Of a stretch of 64,000 bases of DNA, positions 44,080 to 58,950 are shown one piece after another; the stretch's first letter is position 1, and every line of letters begins with the position of its first letter. This DNA is from an uncultured Planctomycetaceae bacterium (GTDB taxonomy: Bacteria > Planctomycetota > Planctomycetia > Isosphaerales > Isosphaeraceae). Where the stretch lies: contig CAWIAD010000002.1 in assembly GCA_963833985.1 (NCBI GenBank), forward strand, positions 2,272,001 through 2,336,000, written 5' to 3'. The notes under the pieces are model-generated. The model made no database searches and was not told the DNA's origin. It saw nothing but the letters and a program-made list of their open reading frames with translations. Made by a program: the position numbers and the translations under genes.

Positions 44080-47000
44080 ATGGCCATCGACAACGCCAGA
44101 GTCAAGGCTCTCTTTCAGTCCGCCGTCGAGATCACCGATCCGGCCGAGCGCCAGGCGTTTCTCGAGCGAGAAGCCGGACAAGACAGGGAACTCCGCGATC
44201 GGCTCAACGCCCTGATGGCCGCGTACGATGCCCCTCCGCCGTTTCTCGACCAGCCGCTCGGTGCCCCAGCCGACCTTGATCCCTCCGCGACCAGCACGTC
44301 TCGCGGCGACGAGACCGAAGCGACCGACCGCCCTGAGGACGACAAAGGTCTCGTCGACACCGTCATCGCCGACCGCTACAAGCTCCGCCAGGAGATCGGC
44401 GAGGGCGGGATGGGCACCGTCTTCCTTGCCGAGCAGCTCAGGCCAGTGCGCCGCATGGTCGCACTGAAGCTCATCAAGCGCGGGATGGATACCCGGCAGG
44501 TCCTGGCCCGCTTCGAGTCCGAGCGCCAGGCCCTGGCCTTGATGGAACACCCCAACATCGCCCGCGTGCTCGACGCGGGCACGACGGCCGACGGCCGGCC
44601 CTTCTTCGTGATGGAGCTGGTGAAGGGGATCCCGATCACGCAGTATTGCGACCTGCATCGCCTCGACCTGACCGCCCGGCTGAACCTGTTTCGCCAGGTC
44701 TGCCAGGCCGTCCAGCACGCCCACCAGAAAGGGATCATCCACCGCGACCTGAAGCCCTCGAACATCCTGGTCGAGGCCCACGACGACAGGCCGGTGCCCA
44801 AGATCATCGACTTCGGCCTGGCCAAGGCCACCAGCGGAACTCGGCTCACCGAGCAATCACTGTTCACGGCGTTTGGCAGCGTGGCCGGGACGCCGCTGTA
44901 CATGGCCCCCGAGCAGGCGAACTGGAGCGCGCTCGATATCGACACGCGGGCCGATATTTACGCTCTGGGCGTGATCCTCTTCGAGCTCTTGACCGGCTCG
45001 ACGCCGATCGCCCGCGAGTCGATCCAGCGCGCGGCGGTGGACGAGATGCTGCGGATGATCCGCGAGTTCGAGCCGCCCACGCCGTCGAGCCGGATCAGTA
45101 TCTCGGGGTCGCTTGCGAGCCTGGCAGCCACGCGGCAGGTCGATCCGGCGCGGCTCTCCCGGCTGGTACGCGGCGAGCTCGACTGGATCGTGATGAAGGC
45201 GCTGGCCAAGGAGCGCGAGCGGCGCTACGCCACGGCGGTGAGCCTTGCCGAAGATATCGAAAAGCATCTCAACCACGAGCCGGTCACCGCCGGCCCGCCG
45301 ACGGCCGGGTATCGGATGAGGAAGTTCGTCCGTCGCAACCGCGTGCAGGTGGCCGCGGCCGGGCTGCTGCTGCTGGCCCTGATGCTGGGCGTGGTGGGCA
45401 CGACGATCGGGCTGGTAATGGCCCGGCGTTCCGCGCTGGCCGAGCAGGCCGCCAAGAACGAGGCAATTCAACAGAAGGTCCGGGCCGAGGAGGCGGCCAC
45501 AGCCGAGCAGCAGGCGAAGGAGCTGGCGGTGAGCCGGCAGCAGGAGGCCGAGCGGAACCTGGCCTTCGCCCGGAAAGGGAACGAGATCTTAGGCTCGATC
45601 TTCGCCGGTCTGGACCCCAGGAGGATCGCTGAGTCGGGCCGGCCGCTCCAGGACGTGCTACGGGAGAACCTGGTCAAGGCCGTGAAGGAGGTGGAAGGCT
45701 CGGCCATCGGAGATCCGCTGGAAGTGGCAACGATGCAGAGCACGCTGGGTCAGTCGCTACTGGGCCTCGGGGAGTACCGGTCGGCGGTCGAGGTTTTCGG
45801 CAAGGCGCTGGGCACTCGCAAGGCGAGGCTCGGGCCCGACCACCCCGAGACGCTCATGAGCATGATGAGCGTCGCCAGCAGCTATCTTTATGCCGGCCAG
45901 CTCGACCGGGCATTGAAGCTCTACGAGGAGACGCTGACGCTTCAGAAGGCAAAGCTCGGTCCCGACCACCCCCAGACGCTCAGGACCATGAATAACCTCG
46001 CCAGCACCTGTCTCCGTGCCGGTCAGCTCGACCGGGCGCTGAAGCTCTACGAGGAAACGCTGACGCTGCGGCGGTCGAAACTGGGCCCCGACCACCCTGA
46101 GACCATCGGGAGCATGCTCAACCTCGCCAGCAGCTATCTCCGTGCCGGCCAGGTCGACCGGGCGCTGAAGCTCTACGAGGAGGGCCTGGCGCTGATGAAA
46201 ACGAAACTCGGTCCCGACCACCCCAGGACACTGGGGTCCATGAGCAACCTCGCCGTCAGCTATGCCCAGGCCGGCCAGAACGACCAGGCACTGAAGCTCT
46301 TCATGGAGACCCTGACGCTTCAGCAGGCGAAGCTCGGTCCCGACCACCCTGAGACGCTCAGGACCATGAGCAACCTCGCGAACAGCTATGCCCAGGCCGG
46401 TCGGTTCGACCGCGCGCTGAAGCTTCGCGAGGAGACCCTGACGCTTCAGCAGGCGAAGCTTGGTCCTGACCACCCCGAGACGCTCAGTACCATGAGCAAC
46501 CTCGCGAACAGCTATGCCCAGGCCGGCCAGGTCGAGCGTGCCGTCGAGCCTCGCCGCGCAGGCCGTCGCACTGGCGAAGTCGAAGCTGGGCCCCGACCAC
46601 CCCCAGACGCTCGATTAGCTGAACACGCAGGCGCATTGCCTGGCGAGTTCCGGGCAACTCGACCGGGCCGCGGCGCTCTGCGACGAGGTGATTGCGGCGC
46701 GGCGAAAGGTCAAGGGTGACGGACACCCCGACACACTCTCCACGCGGGCGTCTCGCGCCGAGCTCGACCTGGTCCGGGGCCGGCTCGATGCCGCCCTTGC
46801 GGCCGAACAGAGCCTCCTCGACGACTGCCGGAGGTACCGCGGGGTCGACGATCCGGTCACGATCGCCGCGGAGCTGGACCTGGCCCGGGTGCTGGAGGCC
46901 AAGGGCAACCGCGAAGCGGCGACACCCCTGTACCACGCCGCCCTCGAGTCCGCCCGCAAGAACCCGAGCGACCGCGAGACCTTGGCCGCGGCCCTGACCG

Positions 47001-47380
47001 ATTCGGGCCGGTCGCGACTGGCTGCGAGAGACTGGACCGGTGCCGAGGCCATGCTCCGCGAGGCGCTGGCGATCCGCGAGGTCGACAAGCCGCAGCACTG
47101 GCAGACGGCCGAGGTCCGCTCGCTCCTGGGAGGGGCCCTGCTGGCGCAAAAGAAGCCCGCTGAGGCGGCGCCTTTGCTGCGGGCCGGCTACGAAGGCATG
47201 GCCCGGTCGGCCCCCGCGATCCCCGTGGTCGATCGTCCCCGGCTTGCCGAGGCGCTGGACCGCCTGATCGCGCTGGGCGAGGCGACCGGCAAGTCCGACG
47301 AGGTCAAGGCCTGGAAGGCTGAGCGGGCGAAGCTGGAAGAGAAGAAGGCTGCCCCGCAGCCAGGAAGCGTAAAGCAGTGA
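44080..47380 (+). CDS. Ser/Thr protein kinase with TM helix and TPR repeats (frameshift near 46550)
   Basis: IGEGGMG, VALK, HRDLKPSN, DFG and GTPLYMAPE motifs, plus GPDHP-type TPRs. Confidence 0.92.
45832..46620 (+). repeat. 126-bp tandem TPR-coding repeats
   Basis: GPDHP codons at 45832, 45958, 46084, 46210, 46336, 46462 and 46589. The last interval is 127 nt, which marks the frameshift. Confidence 0.9.
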
Positions 47381-47889
47381 GCGCGGCCCCGCCCGAGGAC
47401 GGCTTCTTTCCCGTCGTGTACGACGAGCTCAAGCGGCTCGCCGCGGCCCGGCTGAAGCACGAGCGGGACGGGCACTCGCTGGACGCCACGGCGCTCGTGC
47501 ACGAGGCGTACATTCGTCTGGGCGACGCTGCCTTCGCGGAACGCAGCGTGTTCTTCCGGGCCGCGGCTGCGGCCATGCAGCGCATCCTGGTCGACCACGC
47601 CCGTCGTCGAAAGGCCATCAAGCGCGGTCGTGGGGCCAGGACCGTCGCGCTCGACGAGCTAGGCACGGCCAACAACCACGATCGTGATCTGCTGCTCGAT
47701 GTCGACGCGGCCCTGGCGCGGCTGACGAGAGAAGATCCGTCTTCCGCCGAGGTGGCGCGGTGCCGTCTTTTCGCCGGTCTGTCCATCGACGAGGCCGCGG
47801 AAGCGCTGGGCATCTCTCGCGCGACGGCCTTCCGCGAGTGGGCTTACGCCCGGTCGTGGCTGGCCACGGCCCTGGCGACCGAACGGTGA
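47377..47889 (+). CDS. ECF sigma factor of the kinase-associated (TIGR02999/ECF43-like) type
   Basis: VYDELKRLAA, HSLDATALVHEAY, MQRILVDHAR..KRG and REWAYARSWL motifs. GTGA overlap with the kinase stop. Confidence 0.9.
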   Translation: MSAAPPEDGFFPVVYDELKRLAAARLKHERDGHSLDATALVHEAYIRLGDAAFAERSVFFRAAAAAMQRILVDHARRRKAIKRGRGARTVALDELGTANNHDRDLLLDVDAALARLTREDPSSAEVARCRLFAGLSIDEAAEALGISRATAFREWAYARSWLATALATER

Positions 47890-47937
47890 ACTGGTGGGGT
47901 GATACGCAAACAGTTCCCGCGTCTCAGCTCGCGATTG

Positions 47938-48056
47938 CTCGTTACCACGCTCTGCGTGGCAATGCGGTCCTGGAAGCTCCGGCGTTCCTGAGTGAGGTCA
48001 AGGGGAGGACGCAGAGCGTGAGTTCCGGGGCTCCCACGGTCGTTCGTGGGAGCCAG
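47938..48056. repeat. Degenerate CGTTCCCACGCTCTGCGTGGG-family REP/REPIN element
   Basis: CTCGTTACCACGCTCTGCGTGGCAATGC...GACGCAGAGCGT...GGCTCCCACG/CGTGGGAGCC hairpins between convergent genes. Confidence 0.65.
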
Positions 48057-48116
48057 TTCCGGGGAGTCTCAAAATGATGGACCATGCATGGCGCGGAGTT
48101 CTGGAATGAGTGCCAG

Positions 48117-48827
48117 TCAGGCGTCGACCGCGGCAATGGCACCCTCGCGGACGCGGAAATGCGGGGCGGGGATGCTGGGAATCGATTCCGGAACGATCCC
48201 CTCACTCAGCAGAAAGGGCGCGAACCCGCGGAAGACCCGCTGGGCAATCGCCTGAAGCCCGGCGCGGGTCATTAGCTCCCGGAACCGGCGCGAGGATGCG
48301 TGGTGAACATCTCCTTCGCGTAAGCTGACGCAAACATCGTAGATGAACCAGCCCCAGGGAGCGTCGCGGTAACCGTCGATCAGCAGCAGCCGCCCGCCGG
48401 GACGCAGCACCCGGTGCATCTCGGTCACGGCCCGGGCCTGGTTGGGATAATGATGGAAGCTGTTGGCGCAGGTGACGAAGTCGAAGGTGCCCGAAGCAAA
48501 CGGCAGGCGCTCGCTATCACCCTGAAGGGGGAACACCTCGCCCGCATGATACTGCCAGCGGCGACGGCCGTGCGCCAGCATCTCCGGGACCAGGTCCACT
48601 CCACAAATGCGCGCCTTCGGCAGTGCCGCCTTGACCCGGGCCGCGAACTGGCCGGTCCCGCACCCCACATCAAGCAGATGGAATGGCTGGCTGCCGGCCA
48701 CCGCGGCGATCCGCCGGATCAAGACCCGGTGGGATGGGCCAAAAAGCAGCCACTGGAGCACGCTGCGATCATAACTCTCACTCCAGCGCACGAATTCCGC
48801 GGCCGCCTGGTTCTTGTCGTATCTCAT
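48117..48827 (-). CDS. Class I SAM-dependent methyltransferase (UbiE-like)
   Basis: LLDVGCGTG, LPF..FD and RVLRPGG motifs. Confidence 0.88.
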   Translation of the reverse strand: MRYDKNQAAAEFVRWSESYDRSVLQWLLFGPSHRVLIRRIAAVAGSQPFHLLDVGCGTGQFAARVKAALPKARICGVDLVPEMLAHGRRRWQYHAGEVFPLQGDSERLPFASGTFDFVTCANSFHHYPNQARAVTEMHRVLRPGGRLLLIDGYRDAPWGWFIYDVCVSLREGDVHHASSRRFRELMTRAGLQAIAQRVFRGFAPFLLSEGIVPESIPSIPAPHFRVREGAIAAVDA

Positions 48828-49069
48828 CGCTGCCTCCTTGCCTTGCCTTGCGTGGCGCTCCGGTCGCAAGTACGGTCCGTCGCTGATCGCTCTTGTACCC
48901 CAAGCATGCAAAACCGGCAACCCGGATCGGCGCGGCCCGCCGGCATCCGCGAATCGCCCGAACCCCTGGCGATTTCTTGAATTGCGAAGGCGGGTGCGCT
49001 ACAATGAAGGAACCGCAGTTGCGCTGGTCACCCGGGGAATGCGACTGCCACGGCACCTGGAACGTTCGC

Positions 49070-50261
49070 GTGCTCAAGCTACCAATCTACCTCGACAATC
49101 ACGCCACCACTCGGACGGATCCCCGGGTCGTCGAGGCCATGCTCCCCTACTTCACCGAGATCTACGGCAATGCCGCGAGCGTCTCGCATCGTTTTGGCTG
49201 GGACGCCGCCGAGGCTGTGGAACGGGCCCGCGAGCAGGTCGCCGGCGCGATTGGAGCCGACGCCAAGGAGATCCTCTTCACCTCGGGAGCGACCGAGGCC
49301 GACAACCTTGCAATCAAGGGCGCCGCGGAGGCCCTGCGCCGCAAGGGCCGCCACCTGGTGACCTCGGCGATCGAGCACAAGGCGGTGCTCGACACGATGA
49401 AGCGGCTGGGGCGCGAGGGGTGTGACATCTCGGTGGTTCCCTGCGACGAGACTGGCACGGTTTCCGTTGCGGCGCTGGCAGAGGCACTCACGGAACAGAC
49501 TGTTCTGGTCTCGGTGATGGCGGCCAACAACGAGGTTGGCACCCTCAACCCGATCCGGGAGATCGGCCGGCTCTGTCACGACCGCGGCATCCTTTTCCAT
49601 ACCGACGCGACCCAGGCCGTGGGCAAGGTTCCGCTGCATGTTCACGACGATCACGTCGACCTGCTCAGTCTTTCCGGCCACAAGTTCTACGGGCCCAAGG
49701 GAGCTGGCGCACTCTACGTCGCGCCGGCGGAGCCCCCAGGTACGGCTGGTTCCGCAGCTTGACGGCGGTGGTCACGAACGCGGCCTGCGCAGTGGGACGC
49801 CGGCCGTTCCGCTCATCGTCGGCCTCGGTGCAGCCGCCGAGTTGGCCATGCGGGAGTTGCCCGAGGAATCTCGACGCCTGCTTGAACTGCGCGACCTGCT
49901 GCACGCGACCATCACCGAACAGGTCACCGACGTGGTTCTCAACGGACATCCGACGCAACGGTTGCCGGGAAACCTCAACCTGAGCTTTGGTTACGTGGAC
50001 GGTGAAGCCCTGATGATGTCCATGCGCGATGTCGCGGTGAGCTCCGGGGCCGCCTGCACGGCGGCCAATCCCGAGCCCAGCCATGTTCTCCTCGCCATGG
50101 GAAGAAGCGAGGAGATGGCCCGCGCCAGCCTGCGGTTCGGCCTGGGGAGGTTCACGACGGCCGAGGAGATCCAGTTCGCAGCCCGCGCCGTGGCTGAGGC
50201 GGTGGAGCGGCTGCGGAAATACAGCGCCGCGTGGCCAGGCGGACGCGGTCCCCGAGATTAG
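49070..50261 (+). CDS. iscS: Cysteine desulfurase (frameshift near 49722)
   Basis: [31 protein letters not shown] and SSGAAC motifs. Confidence 0.9.
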
Positions 50262-50370
50262 GTCCGGACCTGGGGAGCATTTGACTGGCCTCTATGATAA
50301 GGTAACGGGAACGCCTTGCGTTCGAGCTCTTTTCGTATCTCGTGATCGAACCTGGACAGGAGACGATTCG

Positions 50371-50700
50371 ATGAGTGTGACGCTGACCGAAAAGGCCGCT
50401 GGCGAGGTCAAGAAAATCATGACCGAGCAAAACCTCCCCGAAGACGCGGTGCTCCGCGTCGGTGTGCAGGGGGGCGGGTGTAGCGGCTTTGCCTATAGCC
50501 TGAATTTTGACACGAGCACCAGCGAGCGCGATCGCGTGGTGGATGTGCATGGCGTGAAGCTCGCCGTGGATAAGAAGTTCGATCCCTACCTCGACGGCAC
50601 CGTTGTCGATTTCTACGACGGCCTGGAGAAGCGGGGGTTCGTCTTCAACAACCCCAACGTCGTGAAGAGTTGCGGCTGCGGTTCCTCGTTCCAGGTCTGA
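50371..50700 (+). CDS. iscA: A-type Fe-S carrier (HesB/IscA family)
   Basis: GGGCSG and [11 protein letters not shown] motifs. AGGAG Shine-Dalgarno. Confidence 0.9.
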   Translation: MSVTLTEKAAGEVKKIMTEQNLPEDAVLRVGVQGGGCSGFAYSLNFDTSTSERDRVVDVHGVKLAVDKKFDPYLDGTVVDFYDGLEKRGFVFNNPNVVKSCGCGSSFQV

Positions 50701-50758
50701 TCGGCTCATCCGGAGGATGGTGAACGGCCGCCATCGAGGCGCTCGACTGGGCTGCCGC

Positions 50759-51742
50759 TCACCACCGCCAGCCGTCGCGAATTTCCGGGTTCACCACGCA
50801 AGAGGCTGGCCAGCGGTTGTGATAAAGGTCAACCACGGTCTGCGCGGCCATTTCCGCCATGTCGCTCATCGATCGAAGGTCCGTGCCGGCGATATGCGGA
50901 CTGAAGATCACGTTCGGCAAACCGAGCAGCGGGTTGCCCGGCTCGGGCGGCTCCTGGTTGAGCACGTCCAGTCCCGCACCCGCGAGGTGTCCGGAAAGCA
51001 GGCTGTCGCGGAGGTCTGCCTCGACGACCAGCCCCCCGCGCGCCGTGTTGATGAGCAAACTGCCTGGCCGTATCAGCCCGAGGAACTTGCAGTCCACCAT
51101 GCCCCGGGTGTCGGTGGTCAAAGGTGCATGCAGGCTGACGACATCGCTCATCGCCAGCAGCTCGTCAAGAGTTACGAGTCGAACCTGTCCCCGTTCAACG
51201 GTGTGTTGATCCACGTGCGGATCACAGGCCACCACGCTCATGCCGAACGCCCGGGCTCGCGCGGCCATGGCTTGCCCGATTCGTCCGAGTCCCACCAGTC
51301 CCAGAGTCTTGCCTCGCACGGGTGAAACCAACCTGCGGTCCCACCCGCCGGCCTGGATCGCCCGGTCGTTCGACACGATGTTTCGCAGCAGGGCAAGCAT
51401 CAGGGCGAAGGCCTGTTCCGCAACACTGTCGTGATTCGTCCCCGGTGTGATCGTCACGACGATCCGACGTTCCGAAGCCGCTGGGACATCCACCAGGTCG
51501 TAGCCCACGCCTGTTCGGGCAATGACCCGTAGGAACGGTGCTCGATCGAAGAGCTCCGCTGTGAGGCGCTCGCCACCGGCAAGCATGGCGTCGGCGCGGG
51601 GCAGGTGGCGCTCCAGTTGCGCTTCCGTCAGGGCCAGATCGCCCTCCGGGTCGATCAGCTCGAAACCGGCTTCCAGCAGAATGTTACGAAAGGGACCCGG
51701 CTGGTTGCGAAGCAGGTAGGGCCCGATCAGAATACGGGGCAT
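50759..51742 (-). CDS. D-2-hydroxyacid/phosphoglycerate dehydrogenase family
   Basis: GVGYD, GLGRIG, INTARG, DV..EP and SPHIAG motifs. Confidence 0.9.
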   Translation of the reverse strand: MPRILIGPYLLRNQPGPFRNILLEAGFELIDPEGDLALTEAQLERHLPRADAMLAGGERLTAELFDRAPFLRVIARTGVGYDLVDVPAASERRIVVTITPGTNHDSVAEQAFALMLALLRNIVSNDRAIQAGGWDRRLVSPVRGKTLGLVGLGRIGQAMAARARAFGMSVVACDPHVDQHTVERGQVRLVTLDELLAMSDVVSLHAPLTTDTRGMVDCKFLGLIRPGSLLINTARGGLVVEADLRDSLLSGHLAGAGLDVLNQEPPEPGNPLLGLPNVIFSPHIAGTDLRSMSDMAEMAAQTVVDLYHNRWPASCVVNPEIRDGWRW

Positions 51743-52087
51743 GATGGTGCTCTGGCTCGCGAAGCGGGACCGGTTTGGGAGGCTGCTCGGGCATCGTCCA
51801 CCGTGCGGCGACTGGGCGATTCCAGCGGATTCGTCGGCTCTATGGTCAGAAGGTCGTGTGAACGCTATTCTAGATTACTGTGTCCGGACAGGATTTGCGA
51901 GCACGCGGCGAGCCGGGCGTTTCGACGCCCTGACGCGCTGCGGAAAAGTCGATTGAGCCGGGTCGGTGACCCTGCCCGCCCGGCTGTGCAGCGGTCGGGA
52001 TGGCGTGCTTCCAGCGATCCGGCTCGTTTGTCGTAAAACCAGGATGGTACTGATCGGGGACCGGCGGTCCGGGATGGAATAATCGGC

Positions 52088-53577
52088 ATGGGGGTTCTCA
52101 AGTTTCTCTTACCCTCGACCGACCTGGCCCGTCGGCTGCCGGGTCTCCGCAAGGCTTATATGACCGGCCTGGATCGGACTCCCGGACGTCTCAGCGTCGA
52201 GTTCCGCAACGGACTGATGGCCTGCTTTCGTGAGACCAGCGAGAGCGGGCGGTTGTTCACTCCCTGGCCGATCGCCGGCTATGGCACGCCCATCGTCGGA
52301 ACGGCCACGCTGGCGGAGCGGCCGTCGCCCTACACGCTCGCCCTGGAGCTGGCGCCGGTAAGCTCAACGACATCCGGAACCAGACCGCTGACTGGGTCCA
52401 GATGGGCTTGCGGCCGGCACCGGAACTCTCCGAAATGATGGCCCAGGCGCGGCACGGCCTGATCCAGGCCGCCATGTCCACGGAGAATCAGGATCGTTGC
52501 CTGGCTGCGGCTCAGACAAGCCTTGAAGCGTCCAGTCGTGCCGGTGATATGCTGACAGAGGCATACGTCACGCAGATCCTTCAAAACAGGCTGGCCATCG
52601 GTGGCAAGCTGACCACTCACCTGGGCTGCGCACTCTCCAGCGAGCCCGACAAGCTTCCCGCCGCAACGCAGTGGCCCTCGGCCTTCAATGCCGCGACGGT
52701 GGCCGTCTCGTGGCGGCAGATCGCTCCTTCGGAAGGAAAGTGCCGCTGGGACCTGCTGGACGCCCAGCTTGCCTTCTGTAAACGGAACAAGCTCGCAATC
52801 GAGGCCGGCCCCTTGATCGAATTCCGGCCCGCCGCATTGCCCGACTGGATCTGGCTCTGGGAGCGCGACCAGGAGACGATCAGCGGCTTTGCCACCGATT
52901 TCGTCCGCCAGGTCGTGGCCCGCTACCGCGGCAAGGTGCCACTCTGGCATGTCGTGGCCCGCCCCGCATCTCAGGAAATCCTTGGACTCTCGGAAGAAGA
53001 GCAGATCCGCATCACCGCCCGCGCGGTCCAGGCTGCGCGGCAGGCCGACCCGGGCGCACAGATCAGCATCATCATCGATCGGCCCTGGGCGGAATGGATG
53101 AGCTCCAGCCATTTCCAGCTCGGCCCCTTGCACCTCTGCGACTACCTGCTCCGCTCTGACCTGGGCATCTCCAGCATCGGGCTGGAGGTCGCGCCGGGCT
53201 TCACCGCCCCCGGTAGCCACCTCCGCGATCTCTTCGAATTCTCGCGCCTGCTCGACCTCTACTCGCTCCTGAATGTTCCCTTGCACCTGTTTCTGGCAAT
53301 GCCCTCGGCCACTGGCCCGGACCCGGCCGCCGACCCGGCCGTCCAGGTGGACGAGCCTCAGTGGCCCTCACCGCCTGACGAAACCGTTCAGGCCAACTGG
53401 GCCGCGCGCTGGCTTTCACTCGGGCTCGCCAAGCCCTTCGTCCGCTCGGTCACCTGGCACCACGCCGCAGACGATCACCCTCACCTCTACCCGCATGCCG
53501 GACTGTTCCGCCCCGACGGCACATCCAGGCCCGTTTTCAACTGGCTGCAATCGCTTCGCAGGGATCTCATTGCCTGA
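52088..53577 (+). CDS. GH10-like TIM-barrel protein (frameshift near 52356)
   Basis: FNAAT..W..I.P.EG...W, PDW and RYRGKV..W pattern resembles GH10. The canonical catalytic Glu motifs are not evident. Confidence 0.6.
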
Positions 53578-53724
53578 GCCTGGAGCCTCGCTGCCACGCA
53601 CCGGACCCGGCATGGAAGGCCGCAGACTTACGCCCTGGGAGTCACCATCTTGCAAGCTCGACCAAGGTCCAGGTCCCGTCTCCCAGGCATTGCGGCCGAC
53701 GCCTTGCGCTCGAACTGCCTCAGC

Positions 53725-54159
53725 GTGATCCCCTCCGGAATCCGGAAACTGTTCGGCCGCCTGCTCGGGAAGCCCGCCGTATCGGCGGATCAGCCGCTTG
53801 GAGACCGCGGAGAGGATGCGGCCGCCCGCTTTCTACGCCGCCGGGGGATGAAGATTCTCCATCATGGATACCGCACGCGTCACGGCGAGATCGACCTGGT
53901 CGCGCTCGAAAGAGATGTTGTCGTCTTCATCGAGGTCAAGGCGCGTCGCCAGGGTTCTCCCGCGGAAGCGGTCACACCCGAGAAGCAGCGACGCTTGACT
54001 CTTGCCGCGCTCCATTTTCTCACGAAGCACCGCCTGCTCGACGAGCGCAGCCGGTTCGATGTCGTGGCCATCGTCTGGCCCGAAGATCGCAAGCCCCCGC
54101 AGATCGAACACATCCGCGATGCGTTCGAGGCCGTTGGCCGCGGTCAGATGTTTCGCTGA
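53725..54159 (+). CDS. YraN/UPF0102 family protein
   Basis: GE..A..FL, GEIDLV, FIEVK and RFDVVAI motifs. Confidence 0.9.
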   Translation: MIPSGIRKLFGRLLGKPAVSADQPLGDRGEDAAARFLRRRGMKILHHGYRTRHGEIDLVALERDVVVFIEVKARRQGSPAEAVTPEKQRRLTLAALHFLTKHRLLDERSRFDVVAIVWPEDRKPPQIEHIRDAFEAVGRGQMFR

Positions 54160-54163
54160 TGGC

Positions 54164-55152
54164 TCATGTCCGGGCTGCCTGGATGACCGCGTCGAGAACT
54201 TCCATCTGGGCCAGTGCCTCGGCTCCGGGTCCCGCAAGCGGGCCAGCCTGTATCTGCTCGTCGAACGCGTCCACCATTGCGGCGTACTGATCAACCCAGG
54301 CGAATTGCAGCGTTTCGATCGAGTCCTTTCCGGCGTCGGCGTCCGAATCGGAACCAACGATCCTCAGCCGGGCAACCGAATCGCGACCCTGAGGTGGCAG
54401 GTACGCATCCGGCACTTCCAGCACGCCGCGGTTTCCCACCAGCTCGTAGGTACAGCGATAGGGTTGCTCGAAGCTGCAATCGATGGCGGCGAGGACACCC
54501 GTGGGAAACTCCAGACTAGCAATCAAGGTCATGTCCACGCCCGTGGGGCCAAATCGTGCGCGCGCCCGGACGGCACATGGCTCGCAGCCGGCGAAATAGC
54601 GAGCCGTGCTCACGCCGTAACACCCGACGTCCCAGAGGGCGCCACCTCCTCGAGCCGGGTCCAGCCGCCAGTCTCCGGGGGAAATCGGGAACGAGAACGA
54701 AGCGCGGATGAGGCGTAAATCACCCACCTGTCCCGCGGCGACTCTGGCTCGCAACTGCTTTGTACGCGGCTGGTACCGCCACATGAAGGCCTCCATGAGC
54801 AGTACGCCTCGGGAGCGGCACTCCTCGATCAGGAACCGCGCCTCGGGCGCGTCCAGCGCCAGCGGTTTCTCGCACAGGACATGCTTCCCGGCCCTTGCCG
54901 CGGCGATCACCCAGGGCCCGTGCAATTCATTGGGCAGGGGGATGTAGACCGCGTCGATGTTGGGGTCGGCAAGCAGTGCCTCATAGCTTTCGGGGCATCT
55001 GGGAATCTGAAATTCGTCGCACCACGCCCGCGCCGTGGCCCGGTTGCGACTGGCCAGCGCGTCGAGCCGCCCTGTGCGTGAAGCCATGATCCCCGGAATC
55101 AGTCCGCGACGGCTGATCCGGCGCATCCCAGGATACCCCATCGTCGTTTCAT
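54164..55152 (-). CDS. Gfo/Idh/MocA oxidoreductase (frameshift near 55120)
   Basis: MKRRWGILGCA start in the alternate frame. DAVYIPLPN, GKHVLCEKP and GGGALWDVGCY motifs. Confidence 0.88.
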
Positions 55153-55227
55153 GCGGAGGCTTCTTTCCCGGTTCTGAGTCACGCTCGCTGCCTGCCAAGT
55201 GTGCGCTTCACCCCGTCCGGAAGCCAG

Positions 55228-55271
55228 AAAAAAACGCCGCCCGGGATCTGGAGGAGATCCGGGGCGGCGTT
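55228..55271 (-). terminator. Intrinsic terminator of the rRNA operon
   Basis: GC-rich hairpin ACGCCGCCC..GATCT/AGATCC..GGGCGGCGT followed by T7 on the minus strand. Confidence 0.85.
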
Positions 55272-55280
55272 GTGAAAAGA

Positions 55281-55389
55281 TTCCGGCGATCACCGACTTT
55301 CGCGCCTGAGCACTATCATGGGCCCGGCGGGCTTAACGGCCGTGTTCGGAATGGGAACGGGTGTGACCCCGCCGGTATGGTCGCCGGAA
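55281..55389 (-). rRNA. rrf: 5S rRNA
   Basis: Contains CCCGTTCCCATTCCGAACAC. Complementary ends. Boundaries approximate. Confidence 0.95.
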
Positions 55390-55630
55390 AACCGGCCGGC
55401 GCGCATTTCTGCGCGACGACCGCTTTGCGGATGGTCGGTCACACGCGGATTGGGTTTCAGGGGACACGCACACCGGGTGAGGGGCACGTTCGCGGAACAG
55501 GGACCGGTGGCGGGTTCGCGGCCCGGGTGGGGCACGCGCCGTCACCAGTCCGATGGGACCTGACCCTTGTTCGGATCGAGTCCGGTGAGTCCACCTCCGC
55601 GGCGTTCCCGGGATGGGGGGCCGATCGGGG

Positions 55631-58430
<2,800 letters not shown>

Positions 58431-58824
58431 CACGCCGATCGGACCTCCGGCTTCCGGAGAAGACGCAGGCCGACAGCGGGCTCACTCGGGTCCGGACCGT
58501 GCGGCCGCGGCGTCTCGCGACGCGACGGCCGGTGCCAGACCCATCGATTCGATCCGTAAGGGTTCGTTATCTTCTTCAGAGCCCCGACCGACGCGGATGG
58601 TTGGACTGACGTCGCCCCTTCCCACCGGCCAGAGCCGTGAAACTGTTCGTTGGAGAGTGCCACTCACCCTCGCGTCTCGCCGGCACGGCCAAAGCCTGCC
58701 GCCGATCACGCGGGTGTGTGTGAATTCCACCAGGTCCATGTAGGAACACAAGGCACGCAGCGACAAGATCGGAATCTTGCCCCACGCGCGGACCTGGCTG
58801 ATTCGTGTGTGACCAACCACCGAA

Positions 58825-58836
58825 TTGTCAAGGAAC
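58825..58836 (-). promoter_or_regulatory. Spacer boxA-like antitermination element
   Basis: GTTCCTTGACAA on the minus strand, matching the leader copy GCTCTTTGACAA. Confidence 0.6.
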
Positions 58837-58950
58837 ACGCGGCGGATTGCTCCGCCACTCCCGGCCAAGCTGCTGGCCAGGGGGCGAGGCCCTGCGACAA
58901 GGGCACCGCCCCGCGCCCAGAGGCGAGGGGAAAGAAATCTCGGTTGATTG

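Noticed and set aside
45832..46620. Regular 126-bp repeats read as a CRISPR-like array
   Set aside because: They are in-frame TPR-coding repeats with no unique spacers.
58800..58836. TTGACA as the -35 of an independent 23S promoter
   Set aside because: There is no plausible -10 at the right spacing, and it matches the leader boxA better. TSS mapping would settle it.
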